NCBI GenBank assembly: GCA_045599605.1
Contig: JAZRWE010000033.1
Location: 85,687 to 149,686 of the forward strand
Source of the DNA: Thermoguttaceae bacterium
GTDB lineage: Bacteria; Planctomycetota; Planctomycetia; Pirellulales; Thermoguttaceae
DNA: 64,000 nucleotides
Direction: 5' to 3'
Shown: in pieces, positions 27,121-36,961 of the stretch
How positions within the stretch are numbered: position 1 is the stretch's first letter
Layout of the letters: each line of letters begins with the position of its first letter
Program-made: the position numbers and the translations under genes
Notes under the pieces: model-generated
What the model saw: the letters and a program-made list of their open reading frames with translations, nothing else
Told to the model about the DNA's origin: nothing
The model's database searches: none

Positions 27121-27891
27121 ATGGAAGATATCAAAGCGCCGGCCGTTCAGACGATCGGCTTGACAAAGCGATATCCGCGCGGCGACGCGGAGTTTGACGC
27201 GGTCTCGAATCTCGATCTTACGGTCGAACAAGGCGATTTCGTCGCGATCATGGGAGCGAGCGGCTCGGGTAAGAGCACGGCGATGCACCTTATCGCGGGC
27301 TTAACGCGTCCCACCTCGGGCGAGGTCAGGATCGAAGGTGAGACTATCTCGAAGATGAGCGATCGCGCGTTGACGATCTTTCGTCGACGACGTATGGGGA
27401 TCGTTTTTCAGAGCTATAATCTCATTCCGCACTTGACCGCGGAAGAGAATATCTTGTTCCCATTACGCGCCGATCGTCGCAAGATCGATTCGACCACGAT
27501 GGATAAACTCCGCGCGTTTTGGGAAGAACTCGATATCGTTAAACAGCTTGGGCAATACCCCGACGCGTTGAGCGGCGGACAACAACAACGCGTCGCGCTG
27601 GCGAGAGCGTTGGCGACGGAACCGGCCGCGCTGCTTGCCGACGAGCCGACCGGCAACCTCGACTGGACGAGCAGTCAGAATATCTGTCGATTCTTCGATA
27701 AGTTGAATCGCGAAGAATCGCGGACGATCGTGCTTGTTACGCATGAGCCCGCCGTCGCTATTTGGGCGAAGCGCGTGGTCGTTTTGCGCGACGGCAAGAT
27801 CGCGATGGATTATCAGACCTCTCAATTCTCCGACGCGGCGGAATTGGCGGCGACGTATCAAAGCATAGCGCGCCGCGCCGACGAATGTTGA
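27121..27891 (+). CDS. ABC transporter ATP-binding protein (MacB/LolD/FtsE-like)
   Basis: It carries Walker A GASGSGKST, the ABC signature LSGGQQQRVALARAL, and Walker B LLADEPTGNLD. It lies 19 bp downstream of the preceding gene. Confidence 0.85.
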   Translation: MEDIKAPAVQTIGLTKRYPRGDAEFDAVSNLDLTVEQGDFVAIMGASGSGKSTAMHLIAGLTRPTSGEVRIEGETISKMSDRALTIFRRRRMGIVFQSYNLIPHLTAEENILFPLRADRRKIDSTTMDKLRAFWEELDIVKQLGQYPDALSGGQQQRVALARALATEPAALLADEPTGNLDWTSSQNICRFFDKLNREESRTIVLVTHEPAVAIWAKRVVVLRDGKIAMDYQTSQFSDAAELAATYQSIARRADEC

Positions 27892-27906
27892 CGAAGGGAG
27901 ACGCGT

Positions 27907-30900
27907 ATGAATTTCATCTGGAAACTCACGCTGTCGCGGATGTTGCGGCAGAAGGTGCGGCTCTTGTTCGTCTTGCTCGCGATCGCGGCTTCGTCGTGTT
28001 TAGTCGTCTGGACGATCGGCGGATTCCAAGCGCTCTTTATTGACGCGACGACCGGCGACGTCGACCACCTCGGCAATTACGACCTCCGCGTCGCCGCGGC
28101 GTTGCCTACCTCTATGCCCGACTTGCAAGCGCAAAACGCGCAAGGAGGCAAGGGAAACGAACGCGCTTTTAAAAGTCCGTTGGCGCGACCCGACGACAAG
28201 CAAAAACAGAACGCCGAAAAAGACGCTAAGAAGCCCGTTGCGGAAGAAAAAAATGAAGAGAGCGTAAATGAGCGTTCCGAATCGGAAAACGCTAGCGGCG
28301 AGCCTCAAAACGGCGCCAATGGGCGTTCTGAGAACGCGAACAAGCCTCGCGGAGGCCCTCGCGGCGGTTTCGGAGGACGGATGTTCGGCATGGGCGCGCC
28401 CGCGCTCGAGATACCCGAGACGCTAGCGGCCGAGATGCGCGCCGACGACGCCGTCGCGATCTGCGACGAAGTCTCGACGTTGAGGATGTACGTCTATTCC
28501 CCGGGCGTTGAGACGTCGATCTTAGAAGATTCCGACGGGGTCGACGAGGGCTTGAAACCGACGCTGAAACGCGCGTTGTCGATCACCGACGAAGAACTAG
28601 CGGCGGTAGGCGAAGCGCCGAAAGGCGTCGATCCGGAACTGCATCGCAAGGCGTTGGCGGCGTATCGCGCGACGATGGGAACGCCGTTGGGCAAAGGTTC
28701 GACTTTCCAAGCGACTACCGCCGGAAACTCGCCTTACGAGATACAAGAAGGGCGATGGTTTGAAAGTAAAGCCGCCGACGGAACCGTTCCTTTTGAAGCC
28801 GTTTTGACGACGAAGGGCGTCGCGAAATTTAACGCGAAAGTCGGCGATACGATCTTATTGCTCGACAACTCCTCGCAGCTGGGGATCTCCGCGGAATATC
28901 AGTTGAGCGTCGTCGGGATCGTCGACGACGTCGAGACCGATAGCTTTTACGTCTCGCGAGAATTGGCGAACGCGATATCCAAGTCGCCGGTCAAGACGAA
29001 CTCGTTGTATGTGAAGTTACGCGGCGACGTCAACGAATTTCGCGATCGTTGGAACGCGAGATTTGAGAAGGAACTGCCCGGCGCCAAGGCGGTGACGAAG
29101 GAAGAGATCAAAGAGGCGATCGCGAACGCGATGCGCGATAATCAGGCGTTCAAGTACCAATTTGCGAGCGGGACGTTGCTTGCGGCGTTGGCGGCGTTAT
29201 TGATAGTCTTCACGGCGTTGAATATGAGCGTCGACGAGGAAAAGCGTCTTATCGCGTTCTATCGTCTTGCGGGTCTAACGCGTTCTCAAGTCGGGCGATC
29301 GATCTTGATCGAAGCGACGATCTTGGCGTTGCCGGGTTGGGTCGCGGGGATGCTCAGCGGTTGGGCGTTAGTCTCGATCAACGCGGGCAAGGTCACGGGG
29401 CTCAATCCTCAAACGGTCGGGTATTCGTTCGTTTGCACGTTCATCGGCGGCGTGCTCGCGGCAATGTACCCGATATTCCGCAGCGCGAGAGTTAGACCGC
29501 TCGACGCGATCGGCGCGCCGGAGAAGAAATACGATACCGCGAAGACTCGCCGTCGTCAGAATATCAACTGCTGTATCGCGACGGCGATCGGCGTGTTGGC
29601 GATAGCCGCCGACTTGTATTTGGTCCACCATTTACCCGGCGATAGTTTGAAACGCGCGGCGCTCCATTCCGGCTACGGCGTGGCGCTCCTCGCCGTCGGA
29701 GTCGTCTGCATGTTGCCGCTGACGATACGCTTAGCGGAAATGCTCTTATTGCCGATACTCGCGTGGATATTCCGTTTTGACGCGAAAGTCTTGCGTCGCG
29801 AATTGTCGGGCAACGCGAGTCGCGTTATCGCCGTTTCCGTGGCGCTTAGCGTCGGCGGCGGTTTATTCTGCACGATGCAGATCTGGGGATATTCGATGCT
29901 CGATCCGTTCCTGCCGGGTAGACGCACGCCCGACGCGTTCGCGGCGTTCTTGCCTAACGGCTTGCGACCCGAGATCGTCGACGAGTTGAAGAAGATTCCA
30001 AATATCGATATGGAACGGTTTATACCCGTCGCCGTCGAACAAGCCGCGTTTACCGCCGATCTGATCCCCGACGACGAGAGGAAAAAGGAATTCGCCAACG
30101 TCGTCTTTTTTGGCGTCGACGTTGAAAAAGCGTTTCTGGGAAGATCGCCGCTCGTCGGGATGCGGTTCCGTCAAGGCTCCGTAAAAGACGCCGTTAAAGC
30201 GATGAAAGACGGACGAGGCGTTATCGTGACCGATTCGCTGCCGGGCGATTATAACTTGAAACTGGGAGACACGCTGAAAGTCATACATCCTCGCGATCCA
30301 GAGAAAGTATTGGAGTACCCGATCGTCGGGGTCGTGTCTTTCCCGGGATGGCAATGGTTGTCGAAGACGGGCGGCGTGCGACGTAATTTCGGCCGATCCG
30401 GCGGCGTGGTCTTCGCTCGCGAGGATATTATCGCTAGCGACTACGATATCGAGCGCAGGTCGTATTTCTGGTTCGACTCCAAAGACGGCAAGATCGATTA
30501 CGCGTCGACGGAATTTGCTTGCGACTACTTAGCGCGTAAGAACTTAGCCGCCGACGTCGCCGACGGGACTATCGATATCGCCGACGTGTTCTCGCAGACC
30601 GCTTACGTCAAGTTGTCGACGCGAGAATCGTTGACCGAGTCGATCTCGAGTCGCGCGGATTCCGTGATCTGGGCGTTGTCCAAGACGCCGCTCACGACGC
30701 TGATCATCTCCGCGATCGCGGTCGTCGGCGCGATCGCCAACTCGGTGCGCGCAAGACGCTGGGTCTACGGCGTGATGCGCGCCGTCGGGATGACGCGTTG
30801 GGCGATAATTCGCGCTATCCTTGTGGAGGCGATATTGATCGGGGTCGTCGCTTCGATCGCGAGTTTTTCTTTCGGGTTCCTAGCCGCGCACGGCGTGTTG

Positions 30901-31080
30901 AAACTCGGACAGAGCATGTTCGGGTCGTTCGATCCTCCGCTCGTCTTGCCGTTCAAGGGGTTGGCGTTAGGTTTCGGCTTGACGCTCGCGCTGTGCATGG
31001 CGGCGGCTATTTATCCCGCGATCAAGACCGGTAGAACGGAAACGCTCAAACTCTTGCAAGGCGGAAGATCCGTCGAGTAA
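27907..31080 (+). CDS. ABC transporter permease with two FtsX-like domains (MacB/LolE-like, duplicated) and large extracytoplasmic domains
   Basis: The protein is 1057 aa. Two 4-TM FtsX-type modules are present (around LAGLTRSQVGRSILIEATILALPGW and VGMTRWAIIRAILVEAILIGVV). It lies immediately downstream of the ABC ATPase. Confidence 0.75.
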   Translation: MNFIWKLTLSRMLRQKVRLLFVLLAIAASSCLVVWTIGGFQALFIDATTGDVDHLGNYDLRVAAALPTSMPDLQAQNAQGGKGNERAFKSPLARPDDKQKQNAEKDAKKPVAEEKNEESVNERSESENASGEPQNGANGRSENANKPRGGPRGGFGGRMFGMGAPALEIPETLAAEMRADDAVAICDEVSTLRMYVYSPGVETSILEDSDGVDEGLKPTLKRALSITDEELAAVGEAPKGVDPELHRKALAAYRATMGTPLGKGSTFQATTAGNSPYEIQEGRWFESKAADGTVPFEAVLTTKGVAKFNAKVGDTILLLDNSSQLGISAEYQLSVVGIVDDVETDSFYVSRELANAISKSPVKTNSLYVKLRGDVNEFRDRWNARFEKELPGAKAVTKEEIKEAIANAMRDNQAFKYQFASGTLLAALAALLIVFTALNMSVDEEKRLIAFYRLAGLTRSQVGRSILIEATILALPGWVAGMLSGWALVSINAGKVTGLNPQTVGYSFVCTFIGGVLAAMYPIFRSARVRPLDAIGAPEKKYDTAKTRRRQNINCCIATAIGVLAIAADLYLVHHLPGDSLKRAALHSGYGVALLAVGVVCMLPLTIRLAEMLLLPILAWIFRFDAKVLRRELSGNASRVIAVSVALSVGGGLFCTMQIWGYSMLDPFLPGRRTPDAFAAFLPNGLRPEIVDELKKIPNIDMERFIPVAVEQAAFTADLIPDDERKKEFANVVFFGVDVEKAFLGRSPLVGMRFRQGSVKDAVKAMKDGRGVIVTDSLPGDYNLKLGDTLKVIHPRDPEKVLEYPIVGVVSFPGWQWLSKTGGVRRNFGRSGGVVFAREDIIASDYDIERRSYFWFDSKDGKIDYASTEFACDYLARKNLAADVADGTIDIADVFSQTAYVKLSTRESLTESISSRADSVIWALSKTPLTTLIISAIAVVGAIANSVRARRWVYGVMRAVGMTRWAIIRAILVEAILIGVVASIASFSFGFLAAHGVLKLGQSMFGSFDPPLVLPFKGLALGFGLTLALCMAAAIYPAIKTGRTETLKLLQGGRSVE

Positions 31081-31105
31081 CGTCTAGCCGTTTACGGTAA
31101 TGAAA

Positions 31106-31151
31106 GAAGCCTTAGACCGAACGTAGAGTCGATCTAAGGCTTCTGTTATTT
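31106..31151. terminator. bidirectional rho-independent terminator between convergent genes (GAAGCCTTAGA...TCTAAGGCTTC, then TGTTATTT)
   Basis: An 11-bp perfect stem spans 31106-31143. It is flanked by an A-rich run on the left and a T-rich run on the right. Confidence 0.6.
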
Positions 31152-31168
31152 AACGAACGACGTTAACG

Positions 31169-32833
31169 TCATTCCGCTACTTTCATATCCGGCTCGACGG
31201 CTTCCGCGTCGACGACCGGCGCTTTTTCAACGGCTTGTTCCGTGCCCGCGAGCTTCGCGAAAACGTCCGGGAACTCGACGCCGCCGACTTCCTTCATGAC
31301 TTCGAGCATCGGCGGCAGCGTCTTCGCCATATTGCGCAACCAACTCGACGTGGCGGTCTCGCCGTTGGCGCCGCCGTTAGCGCCGTCCCAGACGACGACT
31401 TTATCGAATTTGATCGAGGAGATCGCTTGCGCGGACGCGGCGACGAGTTCGTCGAAGTGATCGAGCATGAGCATTTGGAACGCTTCTTTGGCGCCGCCGC
31501 ACGCTTCGACGATAGCCGCGAGACCTTCGCCCTTCTTCTTCAAGATCTCAAATTGACCGCGCGCCTCGGCTTCGAGCTTGGCGTAGATAGCCGCCGCTTC
31601 GCCTTCCGCCTCGATGCGTTTTTGTTCCGCCGCGGCTTCCGCCTCGACGATGATGCGCGCTTTTTCAGCCTTAGCCGGCGCTTCCAATTCTGCGCGGCGT
31701 TCCGCTTCGACGCGTTCCGCTTTCGCGGTCGCGGCGACGGCTTGCGCTTTGTGCTCGGCTTCCGCGACGGACGCTTCAGCTTGACGTTTGCGCGTTTCGG
31801 AGAGTTGGAACGCTTCCGCTTTCTTGATCGCGAGTTCCGCGGTGGAGTTGACGACGACGGCTTGCGCGACGTTTTCGCCCTTGACCGCTTCCGCGTTGGC
31901 GTTAGCGAGTCGTACGCGCATTTCGCGTTCCGCGTCTTTGATCTGAGCGTCTTTTTCAAATTCCGCGGATTGTTGACCAACGAGCTTGACGCGTTCGAGG
32001 TCGGCGAGGCGCACCGCTTGTTCTTGGTCGATCTCGGCGGTCTTGACGATCTGTTCGCGGTCCGCTTCTCTCGTACCGATGACTTGGTCTTTCTTCGCGT
32101 TCGCTACTTGGATCGCCTTTTCTTTTTCGGCGTCGGCGACGCGGATCTCGCCCATACGTTCGTTGTCGGCGACGTCGCCGCGCGCTTTTTGGATCGCTTC
32201 GGAAGCCGCTTTACGCCCGATCGCTTCGATATAGCCGGATTCGTCGGTGATGTCCGTCACGTTGACGTTGATGAGAACGAGACCGAGCTTCTTGAGTTCC
32301 GGTTCCAAAGACGCTTGGATGTTGGACAGGAACGCGTCGCGGTCGCGGTTGATCTCGTCGATCTTCATCGACGCGATAACTTGACGCAGTTGCCCGAAGA
32401 TGACGTCTTCCGCTTGTTTCGCAACCGCTTGTTTCGGCATGCCGAGCAAACGAATAGCGGCGTTTTGCATAAGTTCCGGGGTCGTGCCGATAGCGATCGA
32501 GAAGACGCTAGGGACGTTGACGCGGATGTTTTCCATCGAGAGCGCGCCGCGCAGCGGGATCTCGATCTGCATCGGTTCCAAGCTCAGGAACGCGTAGTCT
32601 TGGAACAACGGGACAATGAATTTCGCGCCGCCGTGGATGCACATCGCGGAGGATTTGCTCGACGAACGACCGAAAATGACCATGATCTTGTTACTGGGGC
32701 ATCTCTTGTAGCGCGTGCTGAAGAGAATGAGCGTGCCGAAGACCAGGAACGCGGCAAGAACCGCGCCGCTCGCAATGACGCCGGCGGCTCCAAGCAACGG
32801 CGTCGAAACGAAGGATAAAGCTGAAAGCGTCAT
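31169..32833 (-). CDS. flotillin-like SPFH/Band-7 family protein (YqiK/FloT-like)
   Basis: An N-terminal TM segment is followed by an SPFH domain and a long Ala/Glu-rich coiled-coil (EAEAAAEQKRIEAEGEAAAIYAKLEAEA). The length (554 aa) is typical of bacterial flotillins. Confidence 0.85.
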   Translation of the reverse strand: MTLSALSFVSTPLLGAAGVIASGAVLAAFLVFGTLILFSTRYKRCPSNKIMVIFGRSSSKSSAMCIHGGAKFIVPLFQDYAFLSLEPMQIEIPLRGALSMENIRVNVPSVFSIAIGTTPELMQNAAIRLLGMPKQAVAKQAEDVIFGQLRQVIASMKIDEINRDRDAFLSNIQASLEPELKKLGLVLINVNVTDITDESGYIEAIGRKAASEAIQKARGDVADNERMGEIRVADAEKEKAIQVANAKKDQVIGTREADREQIVKTAEIDQEQAVRLADLERVKLVGQQSAEFEKDAQIKDAEREMRVRLANANAEAVKGENVAQAVVVNSTAELAIKKAEAFQLSETRKRQAEASVAEAEHKAQAVAATAKAERVEAERRAELEAPAKAEKARIIVEAEAAAEQKRIEAEGEAAAIYAKLEAEARGQFEILKKKGEGLAAIVEACGGAKEAFQMLMLDHFDELVAASAQAISSIKFDKVVVWDGANGGANGETATSSWLRNMAKTLPPMLEVMKEVGGVEFPDVFAKLAGTEQAVEKAPVVDAEAVEPDMKVAE

Positions 32834-33250
32834 CTGAATGTCCTTGTTTGTAAAAAAATATTGGATCTGGCGGATAATTCTTTCGATCGGGAACGCGACG
32901 TCGTATAAAGACGGTATCGCGCTTATGAATGATATCTGCTAAAATAGTTAAAATAAAAAGCGAAGAAAAAATATTGCAAGATTGTTTGATTGTATCAGTT
33001 TTGTCGGAAAAGCGTGTCTCGGATTTTTCTCGAAAGATTGAAAATCAGGGCGAAGTCGTATCTTCTATCCTCGTAGAACTCCTAGCGCTTTACGCGTTTT
33101 ATGTAAGACGGAGAAAAATTTTTAGGAAATTTATAAAATTGATATTTATCATAACAGTAATAATCGCTATTATCGCGAAGCTATTTAGGTAATGCGGCGG
33201 AGTCTGCGCGCGAGGGTGCGACGCGGAAAGCCGCGGAATGGAGTGCTCAC

Positions 33251-33421
33251 ATGGTATTGATCGTACTTGCGTTGATCGTCGTCGCCCTTGTCGCGTTGAA
33301 CTGCTTTTATGACGTTTCCGGTCTGCTTTGTTATGTCGCCGGAGTCAAAGGACCCGCTTACGACGACTTCGCGCGTCGTCGTGAAGAAGTCAAACCGTTT
33401 AGCGATTCTGATTTCAATTGA
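33251..33421 (+). CDS. possible small membrane protein (56 aa, one TM)
   Basis: The ORF encodes MVLIVLALIVVALVALNCFYDVSGLLCYVAGVKGPAYDDFARRREEVKPFSDSDFN. An SD-like GGAGTG lies 7 nt upstream. It is shorter than the ORF-track cutoff. Confidence 0.25.
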   Translation: MVLIVLALIVVALVALNCFYDVSGLLCYVAGVKGPAYDDFARRREEVKPFSDSDFN

Positions 33422-33646
33422 TCGTTATCGCTTGTATCGACGGTAATATCGTCGCCTAGAATACTGACCTCGTCGCGCTCGTATTGAGTACGACGAGGTC
33501 TTTTCATATCGTTTTCAGTTCGTTTTCCACGGATTTTTGTTGCGCGACCCTGTTTTTGCGCTTACTATATTAGTATAATATTCGTAAAGTCTCGACGAAA
33601 TTACGTCGAACGACGCCGCTATCCATATTTACGAAAGGTAAGATTG

Positions 33647-34273
33647 ATGGAAAAACTCTTTTTCTTTTGCGCGATCTTTGGTTCCGTGTTTGTCGTCTTG
33701 CAGTTCGTAATGTCGTTGTTTGGCATGGATGGAAACGTCGACGCGGACGGCTCTTTTGACGACGGCGCGTTGGGCGACGTCGACGGCGACGGTTTCGCCG
33801 ACGCGCAACACCACGTCGATTCCAACGGTTCGCTCTTCTTGCGCGCGTTTACGTTCAAGACGGTGACCGCCGGCGTCGCGTTCTTTGGACTCGCCGGGAT
33901 GGCTTGCCGTAGCGCCGGATGGAGCGTCTCGGCTCAGTTGGGCGCCGCTTCCGCATGCGGTCTCGTCGCCGTCTACGCGGTCTATTTCATGATCCGCGCT
34001 CTCTCCTCGTTCAATCATAACGGTTCGATCAAGACTGCTTCCGCGGTCGGCGCGACCGGCAGCGTTTACCTCACGATCCCCGGCGCTCGTCAAGGTCGAG
34101 GGAAAGTTACGATCGTCCAACAGGAACGCTCTATGGAGTACGACGCCGTTACCGACGCGAAAGAACCGCTGCAAAACGGCGCGCCTATCGTCGTACTCGA
34201 AGTTCTGAACGATTCGCTTCTACTTGTCGCGTCGTGTAATAATGGCGTCGCCGCGCCTTCACTCGATAAATGA
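33647..34273 (+). CDS. NfeD-like membrane protein (YqiJ-like; TM segments plus C-terminal OB-fold), the usual partner of flotillin
   Basis: An N-terminal hydrophobic segment is followed by an Asp/Gly-rich linker, two TM helices and a C-terminal beta-rich domain (GSVYLTIPGARQGRGKVTIVQQERSMEYDAV...APIVVLEV), as in the NfeD short form. The ATG at 33647 lies just after the ORF-track TTG. Confidence 0.6.
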   Translation: MEKLFFFCAIFGSVFVVLQFVMSLFGMDGNVDADGSFDDGALGDVDGDGFADAQHHVDSNGSLFLRAFTFKTVTAGVAFFGLAGMACRSAGWSVSAQLGAASACGLVAVYAVYFMIRALSSFNHNGSIKTASAVGATGSVYLTIPGARQGRGKVTIVQQERSMEYDAVTDAKEPLQNGAPIVVLEVLNDSLLLVASCNNGVAAPSLDK

Positions 34274-34500
34274 GCGTCGAGTTAACGCGTTGAAAAAGAT
34301 CGCCATATCAAGACCGCCGCGCCGTTGTTGGTTCGACGGTCTTTTGATTTGGGACGTTTCATCGGAGCGTCGAATTTCTTTTCTTCATTTTTTGAATTTC
34401 GTTGTTGCTTTTTTCCTCGAACCGCTTACTAATGACTAGACGACGCGAACGACGTCGGTTCCACTAACTTGCGTAAATGCAAAACATAAGGAGAATGAAG

Positions 34501-34629
34501 ATGAATATCATTTTTGGAGCCGTTAATGTTATGGGGATGAATTGCTGGGTCGCCGCGGCCGCTATCGTCGCGATCTTTGGCGGAGCTTATTGCGTTTTCG
34601 ATCGAATGGAACGCGAACAAAGCAAATGA
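34501..34629 (+). CDS. possible small hydrophobic peptide (42 aa)
   Basis: The ORF encodes MNIIFGAVNVMGMNCWVAAAAIVAIFGGAYCVFDRMEREQSK. It is preceded by a perfect SD (AAGGAG, 34488-34493) at 7-nt spacing. Confidence 0.25.
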   Translation: MNIIFGAVNVMGMNCWVAAAAIVAIFGGAYCVFDRMEREQSK

Positions 34630-35016
34630 GGGACGCAACGAGCTGTCGGATAGACGACGCCGACGAAAGGGAATCGGTATAAGGAGCAGATAGTGAGAAC
34701 TTCATCAACGCGCGACGCTTTGAACGCGTCTTAGACCGCCGGTCTTCAATAAGATCGGCGGTTTTTTATTATCTTACGCGGACGTTGCGACCTCGAATTT
34801 CCGCGAGCGCGTTAGACCTTAACGTCTATGTTGAACTATTGATTATTACGGTTGTCTTTTCTTTTGAAAAATTGTGAAAATTCCTTCTCGGCGCTTGCAT
34901 AGAGATTGATAATTTAGTATCATTGACTATCGAGCGAGGTTGCGTCGGCCTTGCTTTTGCGGAGGCGCGGGCTTTGCGTTTTCGCTAAATGTTTTTAAAA
35001 GGTCTGCGGCAATACG

Positions 35017-36666
35017 ATGAGCGATAATTTGAACGAGTCTCGACTTGAAAGCGCGCAAGACGACGGAGCGAAAAGCGCGCCCGTTCGCGAGCAACAAGGT
35101 CTATTAAAGTATGCGGTCATCTTGGCTTCGATGGTCGTGATCTTGGCCGGCATACACTTCGCTCGCGGGGTGCTTGGTCCTTTCTTTCTTGCGACGTTCT
35201 TCGCAGTATTGCTGACGTCCCCTATCAACTGGCTGAAATCCAAAGGCTTGCCATCGTGGTGCGCGTTGACCGTCGCGGTCGTCGGCGTTGCGATCGTCGG
35301 TCTTGGCACGATGACGGTAGTCGGCGCGCAACTTGCGCAATTTGCCGTCAATATCCCGACGTATCGCGATCGTTTTAACGCGACGTTGGAGAGTTACGAC
35401 CTCGATATCGGCGAATTTATTCCGCTCTTGAAATCAGATAAAGCGAAAGAAGAAGGCGAAGAGGTCGAGGAAGAGACTCCCGAGGAAGAAGCGTATCTCG
35501 AGGAACTGCGTTTACGCGCCGAATACGCGAAAGATCCGGTTGCAGGAAAAGACGCCGCGGTCGAGAAGGAAACGGTCGAGACAAATAAGCCGGAGCCCGT
35601 TAAACAGACCGCCTATTTGAGCGATCCCGTTACGCCCGTCGCGCCTGTCGCGCTACAAAACGAGCTGCCCCACGAACTTGCCGCGGACGCGGAGCCCGTC
35701 GTCGCGACTCCGACCAACGAGGCGATCGATAGCGACTTGCTGAGCGGCGGTCTTACGCCGATGAATCCGCCGGAGTATTTCTCTCATCCCGACGCGATGA
35801 CGCAACATATCGACACGACGATCGCCAACGCGCTTGCCGGCGAATCCGAGCCGAACGCCGAAAAAGAGAACGGCGAAGCCGCGAGCGCAGCCTCCGACGC
35901 CGACAACGATTACGAAGAATACCTCCGCGCGTTGCGCGAGCGTAAAGATAAAGTCAAGGTGAGCGCGGTCAACGCGAGCTCGCAAGAATTGTTCCGCTTC
36001 TTACGCGGTCTTGTCGGCGAACTGAGCTATCTCGGTTCCAACGCGTTTTTGGTCACGCTGCTCGTTATCTTCATGCTGTGCGAAACGGCTAAGATACCTC
36101 AGAAACTTGTCGCCGCGTTAGGCAAACGCCGTTTCACGAACACGCATATTGAAGGCGTTATCGCCGATATCCGCAACTATATGGTCATCAAGACGCTGAT
36201 GAGCGTTTTGGTCGGTATGCTCGTCGCGGTCTTATGCGTCGTGTCCAACGTCCAGTACCCCGTATTGTGGGGACTCGTCGCGTTCTTGCTGAACTATATT
36301 CCGAATATCGGCTCCGTCGCCGCCGCGATCCCGCCGATCGTTTTGGCGACCGTCGATCACGGTCTGATGGTAGGTTGCGTCGACGCGATCTGTCTCGCGG
36401 CGATCAACTGCTTCGTCGGTTACGGCTTGGAACCGCGGCTCCTTGGAGACGGCTTGGACCTGTCGCCGTTGATCGTTTTGATCTCGTTGATCTTCTTTGG
36501 CTGGCTCCTCGGCCCCGTCGGGATGTTCCTTTCCCCGCCGCTAGCCGTCGTTATGAAGATCATTTTCCAATCCTTCCCGGAAACGAAATGGATCGCGGCT
36601 TTGATGGCGTTGAGACCGCCGAAGGTCGCCGTCGACGACGAAGAAGTCGCGGAAGCCGCCGCGTGA
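35017..36666 (+). CDS. AI-2E family transporter (PerM/YhhT, UPF0118) with an acidic insertion of about 200 aa
   Basis: Conserved TM regions of the AI-2E family are present at both ends (e.g. LLNYIPNIGSVAAAIPPIVLA...GWLLGPVGMFLSPPLAVVMKIIF). The central region (residues about 130-330) is E/D/A-rich low complexity. Confidence 0.8.
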   Translation: MSDNLNESRLESAQDDGAKSAPVREQQGLLKYAVILASMVVILAGIHFARGVLGPFFLATFFAVLLTSPINWLKSKGLPSWCALTVAVVGVAIVGLGTMTVVGAQLAQFAVNIPTYRDRFNATLESYDLDIGEFIPLLKSDKAKEEGEEVEEETPEEEAYLEELRLRAEYAKDPVAGKDAAVEKETVETNKPEPVKQTAYLSDPVTPVAPVALQNELPHELAADAEPVVATPTNEAIDSDLLSGGLTPMNPPEYFSHPDAMTQHIDTTIANALAGESEPNAEKENGEAASAASDADNDYEEYLRALRERKDKVKVSAVNASSQELFRFLRGLVGELSYLGSNAFLVTLLVIFMLCETAKIPQKLVAALGKRRFTNTHIEGVIADIRNYMVIKTLMSVLVGMLVAVLCVVSNVQYPVLWGLVAFLLNYIPNIGSVAAAIPPIVLATVDHGLMVGCVDAICLAAINCFVGYGLEPRLLGDGLDLSPLIVLISLIFFGWLLGPVGMFLSPPLAVVMKIIFQSFPETKWIAALMALRPPKVAVDDEEVAEAAA

Positions 36667-36757
36667 AAGATACTAGAGTTTTAAGAAAAGCTCGAAAGAT
36701 AAATAAAAAAAGGCGCGTTCCGAGCGAACGCGCCGCGCATGCCGAGATGACGAACGT

Positions 36758-36961
36758 TTACCACTTAGGTTTATCGGCTTGAAGGAAATCGTCGACCGTT
36801 TTGTCGTTTTTAGCGCTCTTGGTCGATTGGCATCCGACGCAACAAGCTCCGAGGAGAACGAGACACGCGAGCGACGCGAAACGTTTAATGGTTCTGCGTT
36901 TAGCTTCGTCGACGCGATCGTTCGAGTCAATATTTTGCGTATCGTTGTTATGAACGCGCAT
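36758..36961 (-). CDS. small putative lipoprotein (lipobox-like LLGACCVGC) with an unusually long charged n-region
   Basis: From the ATG at 36961 it reads MRVHNNDTQNIDSNDRVDEAKRRTIKRFASLACLVLLGACCVGCQS. An SD (AAAGGA) lies 8 nt upstream. A minus-strand terminator hairpin lies downstream at about 36700-36730. Confidence 0.35.
   Translation of the reverse strand: MRVHNNDTQNIDSNDRVDEAKRRTIKRFASLACLVLLGACCVGCQSTKSAKNDKTVDDFLQADKPKW

Noticed and set aside
32929-33192. 87-aa ORF in the AT-rich island upstream of the flotillin gene.
   Set aside because: Its codon usage and GC content are far from the genome norm and no RBS is evident. I kept it only as part of the spacer finding, not as a called gene.
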